A stretch of 64,000 bases of DNA from Syntrophales bacterium (lineage in GTDB: Bacteria; Desulfobacterota; Syntrophia; Syntrophales; PHBD01): assembly GCA_963668175.1 (NCBI GenBank), contig OY764159.1, positions 96,001 to 160,000 on the forward strand, read 5' to 3'. The translations under genes and the position numbers were made by a program. Position 1 is the first letter of the stretch; every line of letters starts with the position of its first letter. The notes under the pieces were generated by a model. It did not search any database. It was not told where the DNA came from and worked only from the letters and a program-made list of their open reading frames with translations. Shown piece after piece: positions 62,886 through 64,000 of this stretch.

Positions 62886-63317
62886 TCATGATGATGTCTT
62901 ATCATAGGCGACAAGGGTCAGTCTGTTTCGCCCTTCTTCGCGATGGTAGCGGACATCATCCATAAACTGCTTCACAAAAAAAATACCCAAACCTCCGATG
63001 CGGCGTTCGTCGATACCGGCACACACATCGGGTTCCCGGGCGGAGGAAATATCGAAAGGAGCGCCCGAATCCACGACGTCAATGATAAGTGCGTGGGCAT
63101 CGCCGAGCTTGCAGGTAATCTCTATGTCGCCTGCGGCATCGCGGCCTTGGTAAGCATACTTGATGATATTGACGAGGACTTCCTCAAGGGCCAGCGCTAT
63201 TTTGCTGATTCTCTCACTGCTGAATCCCTGTTCCCGGGCGAAGCGCGAGACAAAGTCAAGGAAAGGATAGAGAGAAGTCAATGTCCCCGGCAAGGTCATG
63301 GTGTGGGGCATGGCCAT
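62886..63317 (-). CDS. Anti-sigma factor Ser/Thr kinase (RsbW/SpoIIAB-like)
   Basis: EEVLVNIIKYAY (N box), DSGAPFD, GGLGIFFV. Confidence 0.9.
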   Translation of the reverse strand: MAMPHTMTLPGTLTSLYPFLDFVSRFAREQGFSSERISKIALALEEVLVNIIKYAYQGRDAAGDIEITCKLGDAHALIIDVVDSGAPFDISSAREPDVCAGIDERRIGGLGIFFVKQFMDDVRYHREEGRNRLTLVAYDKTSS

Positions 63318-63320
63318 AAC

Positions 63321-63653
63321 TCAGACCCGTTTCAGTGCATCTTCCTGTGTATCGAATATTTTGAAGATCGTGCCGAATCCGGAAATCCTGAACACATCCT
63401 TAACCGGTCCTTTAAGTCCGGAAAAGAAGATATCCCCTCCTTTCGGCTTCAATTGCTTCGCGGCGGCGAGAATGCTTCTCAGGCCCGTACTGCTGATATA
63501 TTCGAGTCCGCTGAAATTGAGAAGAAAGCTGCTCTCTCCCTCGGCAACGAGTTTGGTGAGCGCTTTATCGAATGCCGGCGTTGTGACGGCATCGATCTTG
63601 CCTTTAACGGAAACCACGACCGTATTCTTCTCTTTGACTGTTTCAATTTCCAT
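63321..63653 (-). CDS. STAS-domain anti-sigma factor antagonist (RsbV-like)
   Basis: GKIDA, LEYISSTGLR with phosphorylatable Ser, VFRISGF. Confidence 0.92.
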   Translation of the reverse strand: MEIETVKEKNTVVVSVKGKIDAVTTPAFDKALTKLVAEGESSFLLNFSGLEYISSTGLRSILAAAKQLKPKGGDIFFSGLKGPVKDVFRISGFGTIFKIFDTQEDALKRV

Positions 63654-64000
63654 ATTATCACCGTACGCTTTCTGATGGACTTTTCAAAAGAGTGTCAGGG
63701 TGCCCTCCGGCCGTAAGGGTATCGTCGTATATCGCTTTTATTCTATCCCATCGGGGGCGTTTGATTATTTTTTACGCGATAAGGCGTAAGCTTTCTTGAG
63801 CGGGAGTATATGCTCAACCACCCTTTGTGTCAACGAATTACTCCACTTACGCGCATTTCCTGTCTGCCCCGAAATTCAATCCCGGCTGAAAATCGTACGG
63901 CAAAGACGTGCCCCCTGAGTGTATACGAGGGGCATTTTCTCATACATCGGATTTCGAAGAAAACCTTTATCCGAATGTAAATAATGAGTAAATATATAAC

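Noticed and set aside
59161..64000. Genomic island integrated at tRNA-Glu carrying the PAAR cassette
   Set aside because: No integrase and no duplicated tRNA 3' end seen within the window; it cannot be excluded beyond 64000.

Overview
A gene-dense bacterial chromosomal region. By gene content it is most consistent with an anaerobic Desulfobacterota (deltaproteobacterial) syntroph such as Syntrophales; this is inference, not a database result. Housekeeping content: selB, fdhD, priA, dksA, hisI/G/B/A, yqeY-dnaG-rpoD-tRNA-Ile(CAT), RNase P RNA, tRNA-Glu. Acyl-CoA metabolism: fixC-fixX-acd-etfB-etfA, thiolase, two CoA-transferases, and a split B12 acyl-CoA mutase with MeaB and CobO. Most notable observations: (1) a stand-alone cassette of a short gp5/VgrG-like beta-helix protein, a PAAR protein and a Trm112-like-fused methyltransferase, with its own consensus promoter, next to a B12 radical SAM gene and with no T6SS, eCIS or phage genes in the window; (2) the rpoD in the canonical dnaG-rpoD-tRNA locus has an in-frame degenerate region 4.2 (-35 recognition helix), although several promoters in the window keep TTG-type -35 boxes; (3) a ThDP enzyme / KAS III-like / SRPBCC trio that looks like a small-molecule biosynthetic cluster; (4) a mutase with isobutyryl-CoA-mutase-type specificity residues; (5) an HTH gene followed by two tiny ORFs that share an ELMxKYxGN motif. 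No CRISPR array, rRNA, transposase or integrase was seen. All calls are from motif reading by eye; no searches were run.
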